DNA of 64,000 nucleotides from contig CAXXKM010000001.1 of assembly GCA_963664435.2 (NCBI GenBank), positions 480,001 through 544,000 of the forward strand, in the 5' to 3' direction. The stretch is from Longimicrobiales bacterium. Lineage in GTDB: Bacteria > Gemmatimonadota > Gemmatimonadetes > Longimicrobiales > Gaopeijiaceae. A program made the position numbers and the translations under genes. This document shows positions 40,352 to 51,242 of the stretch, one piece after another (the first letter of the stretch is position 1; each line of letters begins with the position of its first letter). The notes beneath the pieces were generated by a model, which searched no databases, was not told where the DNA came from, and was given only the letters and a program-made list of their open reading frames with translations.

Positions 40352-42199
40352 TCAGAACAGATCGGAGGGATCGGGCTCCGCGCCCCGGTCCTCGTAGCGA
40401 TTGGGAATGTGGTCCCCGGTGACCATGTCCTGGTAGGAAAGTCCCGGCCCGACCATCGGATACACGTGCGCCTCCGGATCGATGACGACTTCCAGGAAGG
40501 CGGGGCCGGGGAACTCGATGAACTCCTTGACGACCCGCGGGACATCCTCCTTGCGGTCAAGGCGCTCGGCGTACTCGAAACCGTCCGCCTTCGCCGCCAG
40601 CACGAAATCCTTCTTGCGCAGCGACTTGTCGCTCGCAGACAGGCGGCCCTTGAAGAAGAGGCGCTGCCACTGCATGACCATGCCGTCGCCGAAGTTGTTC
40701 AGCACCATGATCTTGACGGGCAGATCGTAGGAGCTGGCGGTCTCGAACTCTCCCAGGTTCATGCGGATGCTGGCGTCGCCGTCCACATCGATGACCAGCT
40801 TGTCCGGGCGCGCGAACTGGGCGCCGATGGCCGCCGGCAGCCCGAATCCCATCGTGCCCATGCTCCCGGAGGTCAGCCAGAGCCGCGGCTCGCCGAAGTC
40901 GCAGTACTGGGCGGCCCACATCTGGTGCTGTCCTACGCCGGTCGAGATGATCGCCTCGCCGCGGGTGATGCGGTTCATGACCTCCATGACGTAGTACGGC
41001 TGGATGAGCGAACTCTCGCGGTCGTAGTCGAGGGCGTAGTCGCGCTTGAGCGCCGCGACCTCGGCGTGCCATTCGGAGAAGTCGGTGCTGAATCCGATCG
41101 AGTGCCCGTACGCCACCAGGGCGTCGAGGGCCTCGGGGAGCATCCCGGTGTAGTGCCAGTCCGCCGGCTTGACCTTGTGGATCTCCGAGGGATCGATGTC
41201 GAAGTGAATCACGCGGCGGGCCTTGGCCGCGAACTTCGACGGCACCCCGGCCACGCGATCGTCGAAGCGCGCGCCCACCGCAATGAGCAGGTCGCAGTCG
41301 TCCACCGCATAGTTGGCGAACGCCGTGCCGTGCATCCCCAGCATGTGCAGGCAGAGGGGCGCCGTGGTGTCGAAGCTGCCCAGCCCCATGAGGGTGGTCA
41401 CGCCCGGGATGCCGAAGTCGTTGGCCAGCCGGCGCAGGGGCTCGGAGGCGTTCGCGTTCACCACGCCTCCCCCGGCGTAGATGAGCGGGCGGCGGCTCTC
41501 CCCCAGCATGTCGAAGAATTCACCGCACCGTTCCGGGCTCAACCTGCGTGCCTGCAGTGCCTGGAGGCGCCGCCGGTACCCCGTGATGGGCAGGCGTCCC
41601 TCCCCCCGGAAAGCCCCGGTCCAGTTCTGTACGTCCTTGGGCACGTCCACCACCACCGGACCGGGCCGGCCGGTGCGCGCGATCTCGAAGGCCGTGCGCA
41701 TGGTGGCCTCGAGCTGCTCCGGCTTCGTGACCAGGAAGACGTGCTTGGCCACCGGGCCCATCACCGCGGTGACCGGGGCCTCCTGGAAGGCGTCGGTGCC
41801 GATGGCGGCGGTGGGCACCTGGCCGCAGATGACCACGATGGGCACCGAGTCGGCCATGCAGTCGCGCACCGGGGTCACGCAGTTGGTGGCGCCGGGCCCG
41901 GAGGTCACCAGCACGCACCCCACCTTGCCGCTGGCGCGCGCGTAACCGGCCGCCATGAAGCCGGCCCCCTGCTCGTTGGCGGGCACGATCAGCGGCATCG
42001 GCTCCACGCCGTCGTGCGCGTTCTCCTGGTTGTAGCGGAAGACGGCGTCGTAGGTGGGGAGGATCGCTCCGCCGCTGTAGCCGAAGATGGTGTCGATTCC
42101 CTCGTCGGCCAGGACCTGAACGATCATCTCGGCTCCGCTCATGACCCGGCCCGCGAGCGGGTGCGCGGGGGGTTCGCGGAGCGCCGTGCTGGTTGTCAT
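40352..42199 (-). CDS. ilvB: Acetolactate synthase large subunit
   Basis: EQGAGFMA.GYAR, TSGPGATN, GQV..IGTDAFQE, GVGQHQMW, GTMGFGLP, DGDAS...NN. Confidence 0.95.
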   Translation of the reverse strand: MTTSTALREPPAHPLAGRVMSGAEMIVQVLADEGIDTIFGYSGGAILPTYDAVFRYNQENAHDGVEPMPLIVPANEQGAGFMAAGYARASGKVGCVLVTSGPGATNCVTPVRDCMADSVPIVVICGQVPTAAIGTDAFQEAPVTAVMGPVAKHVFLVTKPEQLEATMRTAFEIARTGRPGPVVVDVPKDVQNWTGAFRGEGRLPITGYRRRLQALQARRLSPERCGEFFDMLGESRRPLIYAGGGVVNANASEPLRRLANDFGIPGVTTLMGLGSFDTTAPLCLHMLGMHGTAFANYAVDDCDLLIAVGARFDDRVAGVPSKFAAKARRVIHFDIDPSEIHKVKPADWHYTGMLPEALDALVAYGHSIGFSTDFSEWHAEVAALKRDYALDYDRESSLIQPYYVMEVMNRITRGEAIISTGVGQHQMWAAQYCDFGEPRLWLTSGSMGTMGFGLPAAIGAQFARPDKLVIDVDGDASIRMNLGEFETASSYDLPVKIMVLNNFGDGMVMQWQRLFFKGRLSASDKSLRKKDFVLAAKADGFEYAERLDRKEDVPRVVKEFIEFPGPAFLEVVIDPEAHVYPMVGPGLSYQDMVTGDHIPNRYEDRGAEPDPSDLF

Positions 42200-42338
42200 G
42201 GAAACGCCTCCCGTGGCGTGCACGGAAAAGGATTGGGTGCCGTGGTGAATAGTCGGACAAAGGGAGTCGAATGGCAAAGCCCGCATGAGCCGCTGCATAT
42301 CTTGCGATGCCCGCGCCATCCCGCAAGCTTAGACCGCC

Positions 42339-42836
42339 ATGCGACACACCCTGTCCGTCCTGCTTCAGAACGAGGCCGGCGCGCTTTCCCGCGTCACCGA
42401 CCTGTTTTCGACCCGTGGCTTCAACATCGAAAGCCTCAACGTCGCGCCGACGAAGGACTACGCGGTTTCGCGCCTGACGCTGGTCACCAACGGCTCGGAC
42501 CAGACCCTCGCGCAGATCATGAAGCAGCTGAGCAAGCTGGTGGACGTCGTGGACCTGAGAAACATGACCGGCCGCGACCACATCATCCGCGAACTCGCGC
42601 TCTTCAAGCTGCGCCTGACGACGGGCACCCGGGCTCAGCTGGACGAAATGGTCGCGGAGTTCGGCGGTTCAATCCTCGCCGAGCACGAAGGTCACTTCAC
42701 CATCGAGATCACCAGCAGCGGCCCCAGGATCGACGGCTTCCTCGAGAGCGCCGGGAAGATCGCGGAAACGGATGCGCTGGTGCGCAGCGGGGCCATGGCG
42801 GTCTCGCGCGGCGCGCCCATCGGCTGGCGCGGCTAG
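42339..42836 (+). CDS. ilvN: Acetolactate synthase small regulatory subunit
   Basis: NEAGALSRV..LFSTRGFNIESL, KQLSKLVDV, RELAL, VRSG. Confidence 0.93.
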   Translation: MRHTLSVLLQNEAGALSRVTDLFSTRGFNIESLNVAPTKDYAVSRLTLVTNGSDQTLAQIMKQLSKLVDVVDLRNMTGRDHIIRELALFKLRLTTGTRAQLDEMVAEFGGSILAEHEGHFTIEITSSGPRIDGFLESAGKIAETDALVRSGAMAVSRGAPIGWRG

Positions 42837-42937
42837 GCGCCGGGCTTCCCGCCGAGCGTCCGCCGCCCGGCCCTGTCGCGCACGCGGGCCGGGGATCGAG
42901 CGACGCGCGCGGCAGCTTGCGGGGCTGACGCCCGGGG

Positions 42938-45805
42938 TTACCGGCCCGGCTCCTCCTCCGAGATCGTCCGCACGCGGGTGAGCTCCAGCCCCAGCGTCCT
43001 GCCCTTCATGATCGCCGGCACCCCTTCCTCCATCCACACCGGAGCGGGCGCGCCCTTCAGGTAGTGGTCGAAGAACTGCTGCATGCGGATCGCCCAGTCC
43101 TTCTGGTTGTGCCGCTGCCTGAGGCCGTGGGCTTCGCCGTTGTAGTTCAGCATCCACACGGGCTTGCCCAGGCGGCGCAGCGCCACGAACAACTCGATGC
43201 CCTGGTACCACGGCACGGCCCCGTCCTCGTCGTTGTGCAGCATGAGGATGGGCGTGTTGATCTTGTCGGCGGTGAAGATGGGCGAGTTCTCGATGAAGCG
43301 CAGCGGATACTCCCAGAGCGAGCCCCCGATGCGGCTCTGCCCGCGTTCGTACTGAACGGCGCGGCTCCGTCCGGACTGCCAGCGGATGCCCCCGTAGGCG
43401 CTGATCATGTTGGAGACCGGGGCACCCGCCTCGGCGGCCGCGAACAGGTCGGTGCGCGTCACCATGTACGCGATCTGGTAGCCGCCCCAGGAGTGCCCCT
43501 GCACGCCGATGCGGCCGGGGTCCACGAAGCCTTCCTCCACCAGCTCGAGGACGCCCGGGACAACGGCGTCGAGCGCGCTCTCGCCCGGGTAGCCCTCACG
43601 GTAGGGGATGTCCGGCACGAAGAGCAGATAGCCGCGGCTGACGTAGAAGCTGCGGTTGATGGAGGAGCTGCCCGGCGCGGGCGCGGCGTAGCCGTGCAGG
43701 CCGTCGGAGGAGCGCTCGTAGAAGTACACCATCATGGGATGCTGCTCCGACGGGTCGAAGCCTTCCGGCTTGTAGAGGATGCCCTGGAGAGGGGTGCCGT
43801 CCATGGAGGTCCACTCCACGACTTCGGCGGTGCCCCACAGGTATTCGGACTGCTGCGGGTTGGCGTCGGTGACCTTGCGACCGTCGTCGAGGGCGGGGCC
43901 CGCCACCCACAGGTCCGGGAATTCCTCGAAGGTGGAGCGTGTGTAGGCGAAGACCTCCGCGTCCTGCGCCCGGAACAGGCCGGCGTAGCGGGCATCGCCG
44001 GCGATGAGCTGCTCCGGGACGGCGCCCTCGCCGAAGTCGCCGCGCCACAGGCCCGAAGACTTGTCGTACAGGTGGAAGGAGGAGAGGTACACCTCGCCGG
44101 AGGGCACCACCGGATCGGTGTTGTCGAGGTCGACGAAGCGGAAGCGGGTATCGGACGCGCGCCCGGCGCCGCGGGTGAGGTTGCGGGGAGCGGCGCGGCC
44201 GGTGGGGTCGACCGCCCAGATGTCGTAGCGGTCGTAGACCAGGAAGGCGGCATCGTCCGCCGTCCATCCCGCCGTCCCGTAGGAACGAGAGAGATCCGGC
44301 CGGTCGTCCAGCACGTTGTAGAAGCCCACGTCGATGGCGCCGGTCAGGTCGATCTCCTCCCCGCTACCGGTGTCGATGGCGACCCAGATGCGGCGGACGC
44401 CGTCCCACCGGGTGATGTAGCCGCCGCCGGGAGAGAGCGTCCCCTGTCCCCGCACCCGCTCGGCCACCTGCCGACGCGAGCCGTCCGCCATCTCGATGGT
44501 GTAGAGGTCCACGTAGCTGGCGTCCCACGACACCAGTTGCCGGTAGGGGAGGTCGCTCCTGCCCATCGCAATCGCGCCGTCGCCGTCGGCGGCAAGCGTC
44601 ACGTCGGGCACTTCGCTGGTGGCGAGCTGCACCACGCGGTCGCTCCCGAGGTCGAGGACCGCCTGGTAGCTGCGCTCCATTTCGTCTTCCAGCTGCACCA
44701 GCTGCATGGGCTGCAGCAGAGGGTCCTTCCAGTTCCAGATGTCGACTTGGACGCGCTCGTCCTCGGGGGTCTCGTCCTCGGGATCCGGAAGGGGCCGGGG
44801 CGCTGAGTGGAAGAGGACGCGCGCGCCCGAACCGGAGAACGACACCTCGCCGTGCTCGCTGGGAGCCCAGTCGTCGGGGAGGGCCTCCGCGCCCGGGGCC
44901 ACCCGGGCGGTGGCGGCTCCCTCGCGCGCGGCGTACAGCGCGAAGGCGGGCGCCCCGGCCCCGCGGTCGTCGCGGTCGGTGAGGAAGGCGACCGCGCCGT
45001 CGTCGGCGACGGCGAGCCGCAGGTAGCGCCCTTCCCCGCCGGCGACCGTGTCCGCCCCGCCGGCCGTCCCCACGCGGAAGACGCCGTCGGCGGCGCCGTC
45101 CTGCCCGGACGCCGTGTAGTAGAGCGCGCCGCCGTTACCCGAGAAGGCGTAGCTCACCGCATGGTCGAAGCGGCGCTCCTTCCCGGTGGCCAGGTCGCGC
45201 ACCACCAGCTCGGTCCCGTCGTCCAGGCGGGGCGGCCCATCGTCGTCATCGCCCTCTCCCCGCTGGGCGCGCCCCTCCGCCTCCTCTTCCTCCTCCGACC
45301 CGCCGGTCTCACCTGTCCCCTCCTCCTGTCCATCGCCGGCGGCCTCCTCCATGAGGTACGCCATCCAGGCGCCGCCGTCCCCGGGCAGCCGGAAGGACCG
45401 GACCCCCGCGACGCGCGTCTCCGACAGGTCGGACAGGCTGAGGATCAGCAGTGAGTCGCCGGGCATGTCGCGCGAACCCTCGGCACGCGCAGCGTCCACC
45501 GCCGCCTCCGCGGGTTCGACCAGCGCGACCAGGAAGCGGCTGTCGGCGGTAAAGCCCGGATCGGCGCCCCGCGAAACCGTCACGCGGCGCCCGTCCTCAA
45601 GGTGTTCCACCACCAGCGTGGCGTCGCCGTCCCCGGGCACGAGCCGGTAGGCGAGCCAGCGGCCATCCCTGGAAAAATCCTCGTCCTGGATCTGCTTCCA
45701 GATCGCGTAGCTGTCGTGGTCGAGAGACACCTTCTGCTGCGCGGAGAGCGCGAGCGGAGCGGTGACCAGGATCGAGAGCGCCAATGTCCATCGGATCATC
45801 TTCAT
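42938..45805 (-). CDS. S9 prolyl oligopeptidase-family peptidase (secreted)
   Basis: GHSWGGY nucleophile, DGAV, GEAHGL; signal peptide. Confidence 0.92.
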   Translation of the reverse strand: MKMIRWTLALSILVTAPLALSAQQKVSLDHDSYAIWKQIQDEDFSRDGRWLAYRLVPGDGDATLVVEHLEDGRRVTVSRGADPGFTADSRFLVALVEPAEAAVDAARAEGSRDMPGDSLLILSLSDLSETRVAGVRSFRLPGDGGAWMAYLMEEAAGDGQEEGTGETGGSEEEEEAEGRAQRGEGDDDDGPPRLDDGTELVVRDLATGKERRFDHAVSYAFSGNGGALYYTASGQDGAADGVFRVGTAGGADTVAGGEGRYLRLAVADDGAVAFLTDRDDRGAGAPAFALYAAREGAATARVAPGAEALPDDWAPSEHGEVSFSGSGARVLFHSAPRPLPDPEDETPEDERVQVDIWNWKDPLLQPMQLVQLEDEMERSYQAVLDLGSDRVVQLATSEVPDVTLAADGDGAIAMGRSDLPYRQLVSWDASYVDLYTIEMADGSRRQVAERVRGQGTLSPGGGYITRWDGVRRIWVAIDTGSGEEIDLTGAIDVGFYNVLDDRPDLSRSYGTAGWTADDAAFLVYDRYDIWAVDPTGRAAPRNLTRGAGRASDTRFRFVDLDNTDPVVPSGEVYLSSFHLYDKSSGLWRGDFGEGAVPEQLIAGDARYAGLFRAQDAEVFAYTRSTFEEFPDLWVAGPALDDGRKVTDANPQQSEYLWGTAEVVEWTSMDGTPLQGILYKPEGFDPSEQHPMMVYFYERSSDGLHGYAAPAPGSSSINRSFYVSRGYLLFVPDIPYREGYPGESALDAVVPGVLELVEEGFVDPGRIGVQGHSWGGYQIAYMVTRTDLFAAAEAGAPVSNMISAYGGIRWQSGRSRAVQYERGQSRIGGSLWEYPLRFIENSPIFTADKINTPILMLHNDEDGAVPWYQGIELFVALRRLGKPVWMLNYNGEAHGLRQRHNQKDWAIRMQQFFDHYLKGAPAPVWMEEGVPAIMKGRTLGLELTRVRTISEEEPGR

Positions 45806-46113
45806 GACTCACCTGCTGCGCGGGAGATGTGTGCGAGGGGAGAAACGCGCGGACGGGAACGGTAGACGACCGCGCGGGGCCCGGCAACGCCGCCGGGAGC
45901 CTGCTCCGTTGCGGATGCGGCCGGGCCCTCTTTCCGGACACGGTCGACCCGCGCCCCTGGCCGCCCGAAGAGACCCGATTGACAGAGTCCCCGGACTGGC
46001 GTAAGTGTGCAGTCTGGCCGCCGGTGCGGGACCGAGCCGCCCGACCGCCGCGAAGAACGCCCCAGCCGCCGCAAAGCCGGAGTTCGTCCGACAGACAACC
46101 CGGGGAGGACAGC

Positions 46114-47271
46114 ATGCGCGATTTTCGTATCCTTGCCACACTTCTTCTGTTGGTGATTCCGCTACCGACGTCCGCCCAGGGCGTCCCGGACATCGCCGAG
46201 CCCTTCAAGGTCGGCACCTTCGAGATCGAGGGCACGCCCACCGTGTCGCTGGTTCTGCGCGACCAGCTCATCGTCGAGATCGACGCCGCCAACACCGCCC
46301 TGCAGCGCGATCCCTACTACGCCCGCGTCCAGGCCCCGGGGGACATGCTGGAGCTGATCGAGCGCTACGAGTATGGCCTCAAGCGGCGCCTCTACGAGGT
46401 CGTCAACCACTTGGTGGCAACCGACATGCTGGGCGCGAACCGCCCGTCCTGGGTGCACGATCTCGACGACGTGCGCACCCTCCCGCCCATCCTGTACCCG
46501 GGCAAGATCCTCAACGCCGCGGTCAACTTCTACAGTCACGTCAACGAGACCGGCACCGAGGAGGAGCGGGCCGATGCGCGGCGGCAGAGACGGGAGAATC
46601 GGGGCGTGCCCTATCTCTTCCTGAAGCCGAGCAAGGGCGCGGTCATCGGCGACGGCGGCGAGGTGGTGCTTCCCTACGGACGCGACCGCATCGACTGGGA
46701 GGTCGAGCTGGGCGCGGTCATCGGCCGGTCCGCCAAGTACGTTTCCGCGAACGACGCGGAGGCCTTTGTGTTCGGCTACCTGGTCTCGCTCGACATCTCC
46801 GACCGCGGCGGGCGTCCGCCGGGCGGCAACCCGATGACCTCCGACTGGTTCGTCGGCAAGGGCCACGACACCTTCGCGCCGCAGGGGCCGTGGATCGTGC
46901 CGAAGGAGTTCTACGGAAACCCGATGGAGATCCTGCGCCAGACGCTCGACGTCGGCGACGAGCGCATGCAGGAGGCGACCGCCGGCGACATGATCCACTC
47001 GCTCTGGGAGCTGATCGAGTACGGCTCCTCCATCATCACCCTGTTCCCCGGGGACGTCGTCAACAACGGCACCTCCGGAGGCGTCGGCATGGGCACGGCG
47101 GTTCGGGGAGCGCAGCGCTTCCTGCAGCCGGGGGAACAGATTTCCGCCTCCATCGACGGAATCGGCACGCTCAACCTGTCGGTGGTGAGCGAACCCGAGC
47201 CGCAGGGGCTGACGGGCGCGCACCTGCCTCCCGTGCGCACCTACCGGGGACCGCCTCCGGGAGGGGACTGA
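46114..47271 (+). CDS. Fumarylacetoacetate hydrolase family protein with signal peptide
   Basis: AVNFYSH, FLKP, DWEVEL, GKGHDTFAP.GP, PGDVVNNGT; N-terminal ATLLLLVIPLPTSAQ. Confidence 0.88.
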   Translation: MRDFRILATLLLLVIPLPTSAQGVPDIAEPFKVGTFEIEGTPTVSLVLRDQLIVEIDAANTALQRDPYYARVQAPGDMLELIERYEYGLKRRLYEVVNHLVATDMLGANRPSWVHDLDDVRTLPPILYPGKILNAAVNFYSHVNETGTEEERADARRQRRENRGVPYLFLKPSKGAVIGDGGEVVLPYGRDRIDWEVELGAVIGRSAKYVSANDAEAFVFGYLVSLDISDRGGRPPGGNPMTSDWFVGKGHDTFAPQGPWIVPKEFYGNPMEILRQTLDVGDERMQEATAGDMIHSLWELIEYGSSIITLFPGDVVNNGTSGGVGMGTAVRGAQRFLQPGEQISASIDGIGTLNLSVVSEPEPQGLTGAHLPPVRTYRGPPPGGD

Positions 47272-47272
47272 C

Positions 47273-48952
47273 TCAGTTCACATCCAGGATCGGGTCCTTC
47301 TCGCCCGTCATCTCCCAGCGCGTGAGCACAATGGGGATCACGCCGGCGCCGTAGAAGGCGTCGAAGAAGCGCTTGACGGTGAAGTCGTCGCCCTCCTGGA
47401 TGGCGTATTCGGAGAGCAGTTCCTCGATCTGGATCTTGCCGGTGACGTAGCTGGTGCCGTAGCCCGGCTGCCGCAGGTAGAGGCTCTGCTCCCCGCGCAC
47501 CAGGTCGCCTTCCGTCAGCCATCCGCGCGGCGTCCAGGTCATGGCGTGCTCGACCGCCTCCTCCATTTCGAAGACGTCGCCGTGCAGGTTAAGGCCGCTG
47601 AGGGCGCGCGCCGCCCGCTGCGCCAGCATGATCCACACGAGTTCGCGGGCCCGGGGCGAATTGTCGTCCAGGAGCCCCAGGTGCATGAACATCTCCTCGA
47701 CGCCGGTCGCCAGCCCCTCGGAGCGTGAGTCGAAGATGTTGTAGAGCGAAGGCGTGGCCCGGATGGGGCTCGAGTGCGGGTCCTCGCGCATGCGCGCCAG
47801 TTCGATCCAGTGGTGCATGTGCGGGCGGAAGGCGTCCGGATCGCGGTAGATGACTTCCTGGAAGAAGTTGCGCAGCTCGCCCGGCTCCACGGGGCTGAAG
47901 CTCCCGTTCACCGCCCTGAGCGCGGGATCCATGTAGTCCGCGAGGGTCTCGACTTCCTCTTCTTCGAGGAAGCGCATGTAAAGGTCCACGGACTCGTTCA
48001 GACGCCGGTCGTACTCCTCAGCGGAGGCGATGCGCTCGAGTTCGGGCAGATCTCGGTTGCGGTTCTCCTCCAGCCGCATCGAGGAATGGGAGCGCGCCAG
48101 TTCGCGGCGCATGAGGGTCACCTGCTCCTCCCACGAATACGGGACCAGGTGGACGTTCTGCATGTACCAGGTGTAGTTGTCGGCCCCGACCCCGGACGGC
48201 CCGGTGCGGGAAGAGGCGCCCTCCTCCAGCCAGCCACGGAAGGCGTCGGAGGCGGCGCGCGCGTCGGCGATGGCCTGATCGAGCTCGGCGCTCGTCCCGG
48301 CGACCTGCCCGGCGTAGGTGTCGAGGTCGCGGGCCTGGGCGGCGAAGTCACGGATGCCGGCCAGCCAGAGGTCGCGCGCGTTGGAGTCGGCGAGGTTCAC
48401 GCGGGCCTGTTCCAGCAGCGCCGGGATCGCGCCGATGCGGGCCGTGAGTTCCGCCGCATCTTCGTCCGACAGCGGATAGTCGTAAGTCCAGGTATCGACC
48501 CAGCCGTGGATCACGGAGCCTTCATGGGCCGGGACGTCGCTCTCGGCCAGGAACATGATGACGTAGAAGGCCGGATCGCGCGCCCAGGGACGGCGCACGC
48601 GGTGGTCGAAATCGAGCCCGTTCATCTCCGCGCGCACGAGGTGCCAGTCGATCTGCTCCTCGACCGGCCAGTTTTCGGGGGCGAGCGCGTTCAGGCGCGC
48701 CTGCCACTGTGGAAGCTCGGCCTGCTGGCCCGCCATCGCCGCGGCGGAGTAGTCGGGGACGCCGTCGACAAAGTCGGGCATTTCGAAGGCGCGCCACTCC
48801 TCGAAGAGCTGGACCAGGTCCGCGTGGGACCCTGGGCCGGCGGCGACGACGGAGTCCGTGGGATCCGCCGTGCATCGCACGAAGAGGAATCCGACCACGA
48901 TGAGCGTGATCCCGGTGACGAGGACGGACGGGCGAGCTTTGCTGCGGGACAT
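47273..48952 (-). CDS. DUF885-like lipoprotein
   Basis: Cys after hydrophobic stretch; RSEGLAT, QPGYGTSYVTGK. Confidence 0.7.
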   Translation of the reverse strand: MSRSKARPSVLVTGITLIVVGFLFVRCTADPTDSVVAAGPGSHADLVQLFEEWRAFEMPDFVDGVPDYSAAAMAGQQAELPQWQARLNALAPENWPVEEQIDWHLVRAEMNGLDFDHRVRRPWARDPAFYVIMFLAESDVPAHEGSVIHGWVDTWTYDYPLSDEDAAELTARIGAIPALLEQARVNLADSNARDLWLAGIRDFAAQARDLDTYAGQVAGTSAELDQAIADARAASDAFRGWLEEGASSRTGPSGVGADNYTWYMQNVHLVPYSWEEQVTLMRRELARSHSSMRLEENRNRDLPELERIASAEEYDRRLNESVDLYMRFLEEEEVETLADYMDPALRAVNGSFSPVEPGELRNFFQEVIYRDPDAFRPHMHHWIELARMREDPHSSPIRATPSLYNIFDSRSEGLATGVEEMFMHLGLLDDNSPRARELVWIMLAQRAARALSGLNLHGDVFEMEEAVEHAMTWTPRGWLTEGDLVRGEQSLYLRQPGYGTSYVTGKIQIEELLSEYAIQEGDDFTVKRFFDAFYGAGVIPIVLTRWEMTGEKDPILDVN

Positions 48953-49113
48953 GGCGGCCTCCGGGATCTCGGGTCTACTCGATGTGCAGCCTGCGTTCGG
49001 TACGACTGCAATCGATGTGCGGGTCCCCCCACATTCAGTCTACGCGATGTGCGGCCGGCCCGCCTCCCTGCCGGTGCGGCCGCGTCTCTCCCGTGCGGCC
49101 GCGCCTGTCTCCG

Positions 49114-50985
49114 TCAGGACGCGCCGGAGCCTCCGCCCAGCGCCCGCGCCAACGCCGCGCGCCCTCCCACGACGGGCAGGTCGAGGGCGGTTGCGGCCAG
49201 GTCGACGGTGAGCCGGGTCCCCGGCTCGGGGTGGAGGGTGAAGTCGGCGTCGCTGGAGAAAACCATGAGCCCGATGCGCTGTCCGGCGGGGATGATCTGG
49301 TCGTCGGGCTGCAGGTCGAAGGCGACATCGACGAACTCGCCCGGGACCAGCGGCGCGCTCTCGCTGAGCGATGCCGCGTTCTGCGGGTCGGCCCAGCCGC
49401 GCGTGATCAGGTTGTCGTTGATGGGGGCGCCCTCGGTCCAGGGGAGCGACACCAGCCATACCGAGAGGTTGGCGGCGGCGCGGTCGGCCGCGAGGCGGAG
49501 CGAGACGCGGACGAGGCCCGACAGATGCACTTCTTCGGCGAGTTCGGGGGTCGCGAACAGCAACCGGTGCTCCGAGGCCTCCGCCCCGGCCAGGTCGGCG
49601 CCGGAGAAGCTCACGTCGTCGGTGAACGACTGCTGCGCGGCGGCGGGATCGGCCTCGAGCGAGAGCATCCCCTGTCTCCCCCCGTCGCCGGAGGGGACCA
49701 CGCGCACGGACTCCGCGTCGGGGTTGGGATAGGAAGGATAGGGCGTGGGGCTCAGGCGGTCGTCGCCCTCTCGCACGATCCACGCGCCCGGATCGCTCTC
49801 CACCCCGTTCTCGACTCCGTACAGGTACCGGGAGAGCCAGCGGTTCATGAGGCTGAGCGGCGGCTCGCCCCCGTGGCCCCCCTGATGGTAGTACGCCTGC
49901 ACCGGCACGCCGCGGTCGCGCAGCGCGGCCACGATCCGGTAGCTGTGCTCGGGCATCACGTTCCAGTCGTTGAAGCCGTGCGCCATGAGCGTCGGGGCGC
50001 GCACGCCGTCGACATGGTTGAGGTAGTCGCGGCCCGCCCAGAAGTCGTTGTAGTCCCCGGAGGCGCGGTCGAAGCGCGCCTGCATGAGGTCGCTGCGCAC
50101 CGTCCGGTTGCAATAGTCGCGGCGTTCCATCGGGCCGCTGTTGATGAAATCGTAGAGGACGTCGATGTCCTCGCCGGGGTAGCCGCCCGGCGACCGCACC
50201 AGCCCATGCGACCGGTAGTAGTGGTAGTACGACGTGTTGGGCGCCACCGGGATGATGGCCTCAAGCCCCTCCACGCCCGTCGTTGCGGCGGCGAGCGGCA
50301 GGGTGCCGTTGTAGGAGGTCCCGATCATGCCCACGCTGCCGGTCGACCAGTAGGCGCTCACCTCCTCCCCGCCCTCCACGGCGGTGAAGCCGCGCGCTCG
50401 CCCGTTCAGCCAGTCGATCACCGCCTTGGGCGCGAGGGACTCGTTCTCGCCGCCGACGGTGGGGCAGCCCTGGGACTGTCCCGTCCCGGGCGACTGCGAG
50501 TGCACAACCGCGAACCCGCGCGGCACCCAGGTGGCGATGTGGGAGTTCGAGATGACCGGCTGCTCCTCGATGTGCTCCATCGAGGGCATCACGGTGCGGG
50601 GAGACGGGGGCGCGCCCACCTCCTGGCGGATGTCCCAGAAGTAGTCGAAGTTGAGGCCGCCGGTACCGGAATAGTACGGGCTGGTCTCGTAGATCACGGC
50701 GACCTCGAGCCCGGATTCGGTCGCGGCGGGGCGGGTCACGTCCACATGCACCCGGTCGGACGCGCCGTCCCCGTCGGAGTCAAAGCCGGTCTCGACCCAG
50801 AGTTCGTGCCGCACCCAGGTGGCCGAATCGGCGAACTCCGGAACGACCTGCGCCTCCCCGTTCTCGAAGACGGGCCTGGGGCCGTCGTAGCAGGCCGCGG
50901 CGAGCAGGGGCAGCGCGGCGCCGAGTACGCATGTCCGCGCGAAGGAGAGGGGACTCGGGCGGCGGACGGGAAGGATCTTCTTCAT
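49114..50985 (-). CDS. Xaa-Pro dipeptidyl-peptidase (S15, CocE/NonD)
   Basis: GTSYNG nucleophile, SPYY, DWNV, HQGGH; lipobox AAAC. Confidence 0.88.
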   Translation of the reverse strand: MKKILPVRRPSPLSFARTCVLGAALPLLAAACYDGPRPVFENGEAQVVPEFADSATWVRHELWVETGFDSDGDGASDRVHVDVTRPAATESGLEVAVIYETSPYYSGTGGLNFDYFWDIRQEVGAPPSPRTVMPSMEHIEEQPVISNSHIATWVPRGFAVVHSQSPGTGQSQGCPTVGGENESLAPKAVIDWLNGRARGFTAVEGGEEVSAYWSTGSVGMIGTSYNGTLPLAAATTGVEGLEAIIPVAPNTSYYHYYRSHGLVRSPGGYPGEDIDVLYDFINSGPMERRDYCNRTVRSDLMQARFDRASGDYNDFWAGRDYLNHVDGVRAPTLMAHGFNDWNVMPEHSYRIVAALRDRGVPVQAYYHQGGHGGEPPLSLMNRWLSRYLYGVENGVESDPGAWIVREGDDRLSPTPYPSYPNPDAESVRVVPSGDGGRQGMLSLEADPAAAQQSFTDDVSFSGADLAGAEASEHRLLFATPELAEEVHLSGLVRVSLRLAADRAAANLSVWLVSLPWTEGAPINDNLITRGWADPQNAASLSESAPLVPGEFVDVAFDLQPDDQIIPAGQRIGLMVFSSDADFTLHPEPGTRLTVDLAATALDLPVVGGRAALARALGGGSGAS

Positions 50986-51036
50986 GGGCTCGGATCACCC
51001 GGTTGAGGCGGACCAGACGGGCCGGTGGGCGCGAAG

Positions 51037-51078
51037 AATGGAGCCAGCCGGAATCGAACCGGCGACCTCCTGCTTGCA
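51037..51078 (-). repeat. att site: 42-bp perfect duplicate of the tRNA-Ala 3' half (partner 51820-51861)
   Basis: aatggagccagccggaatcgaaccggcgacctcctgcttgca occurs at both places; identity ends at the anticodon loop. Confidence 0.95.
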
Positions 51079-51242
51079 GAAGCTCGTGACCGACGGGACG
51101 GGAACACCACCGGTGGCCAAAGTTACTCGGCACATCGTGGGGAAACAACGCGGATGTAGCCTCGGCAGCGGCAGGCCCTCCGACCGGCACGGTGCGCAGG
51201 GAGGGTCCCTTGACAGCCCTTTTTCTGTAGTAACATTAATTC

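Noticed and set aside
51037..51078. Second tRNA-Ala gene
   Set aside because: Only the 3' half is present; it is an att duplication.
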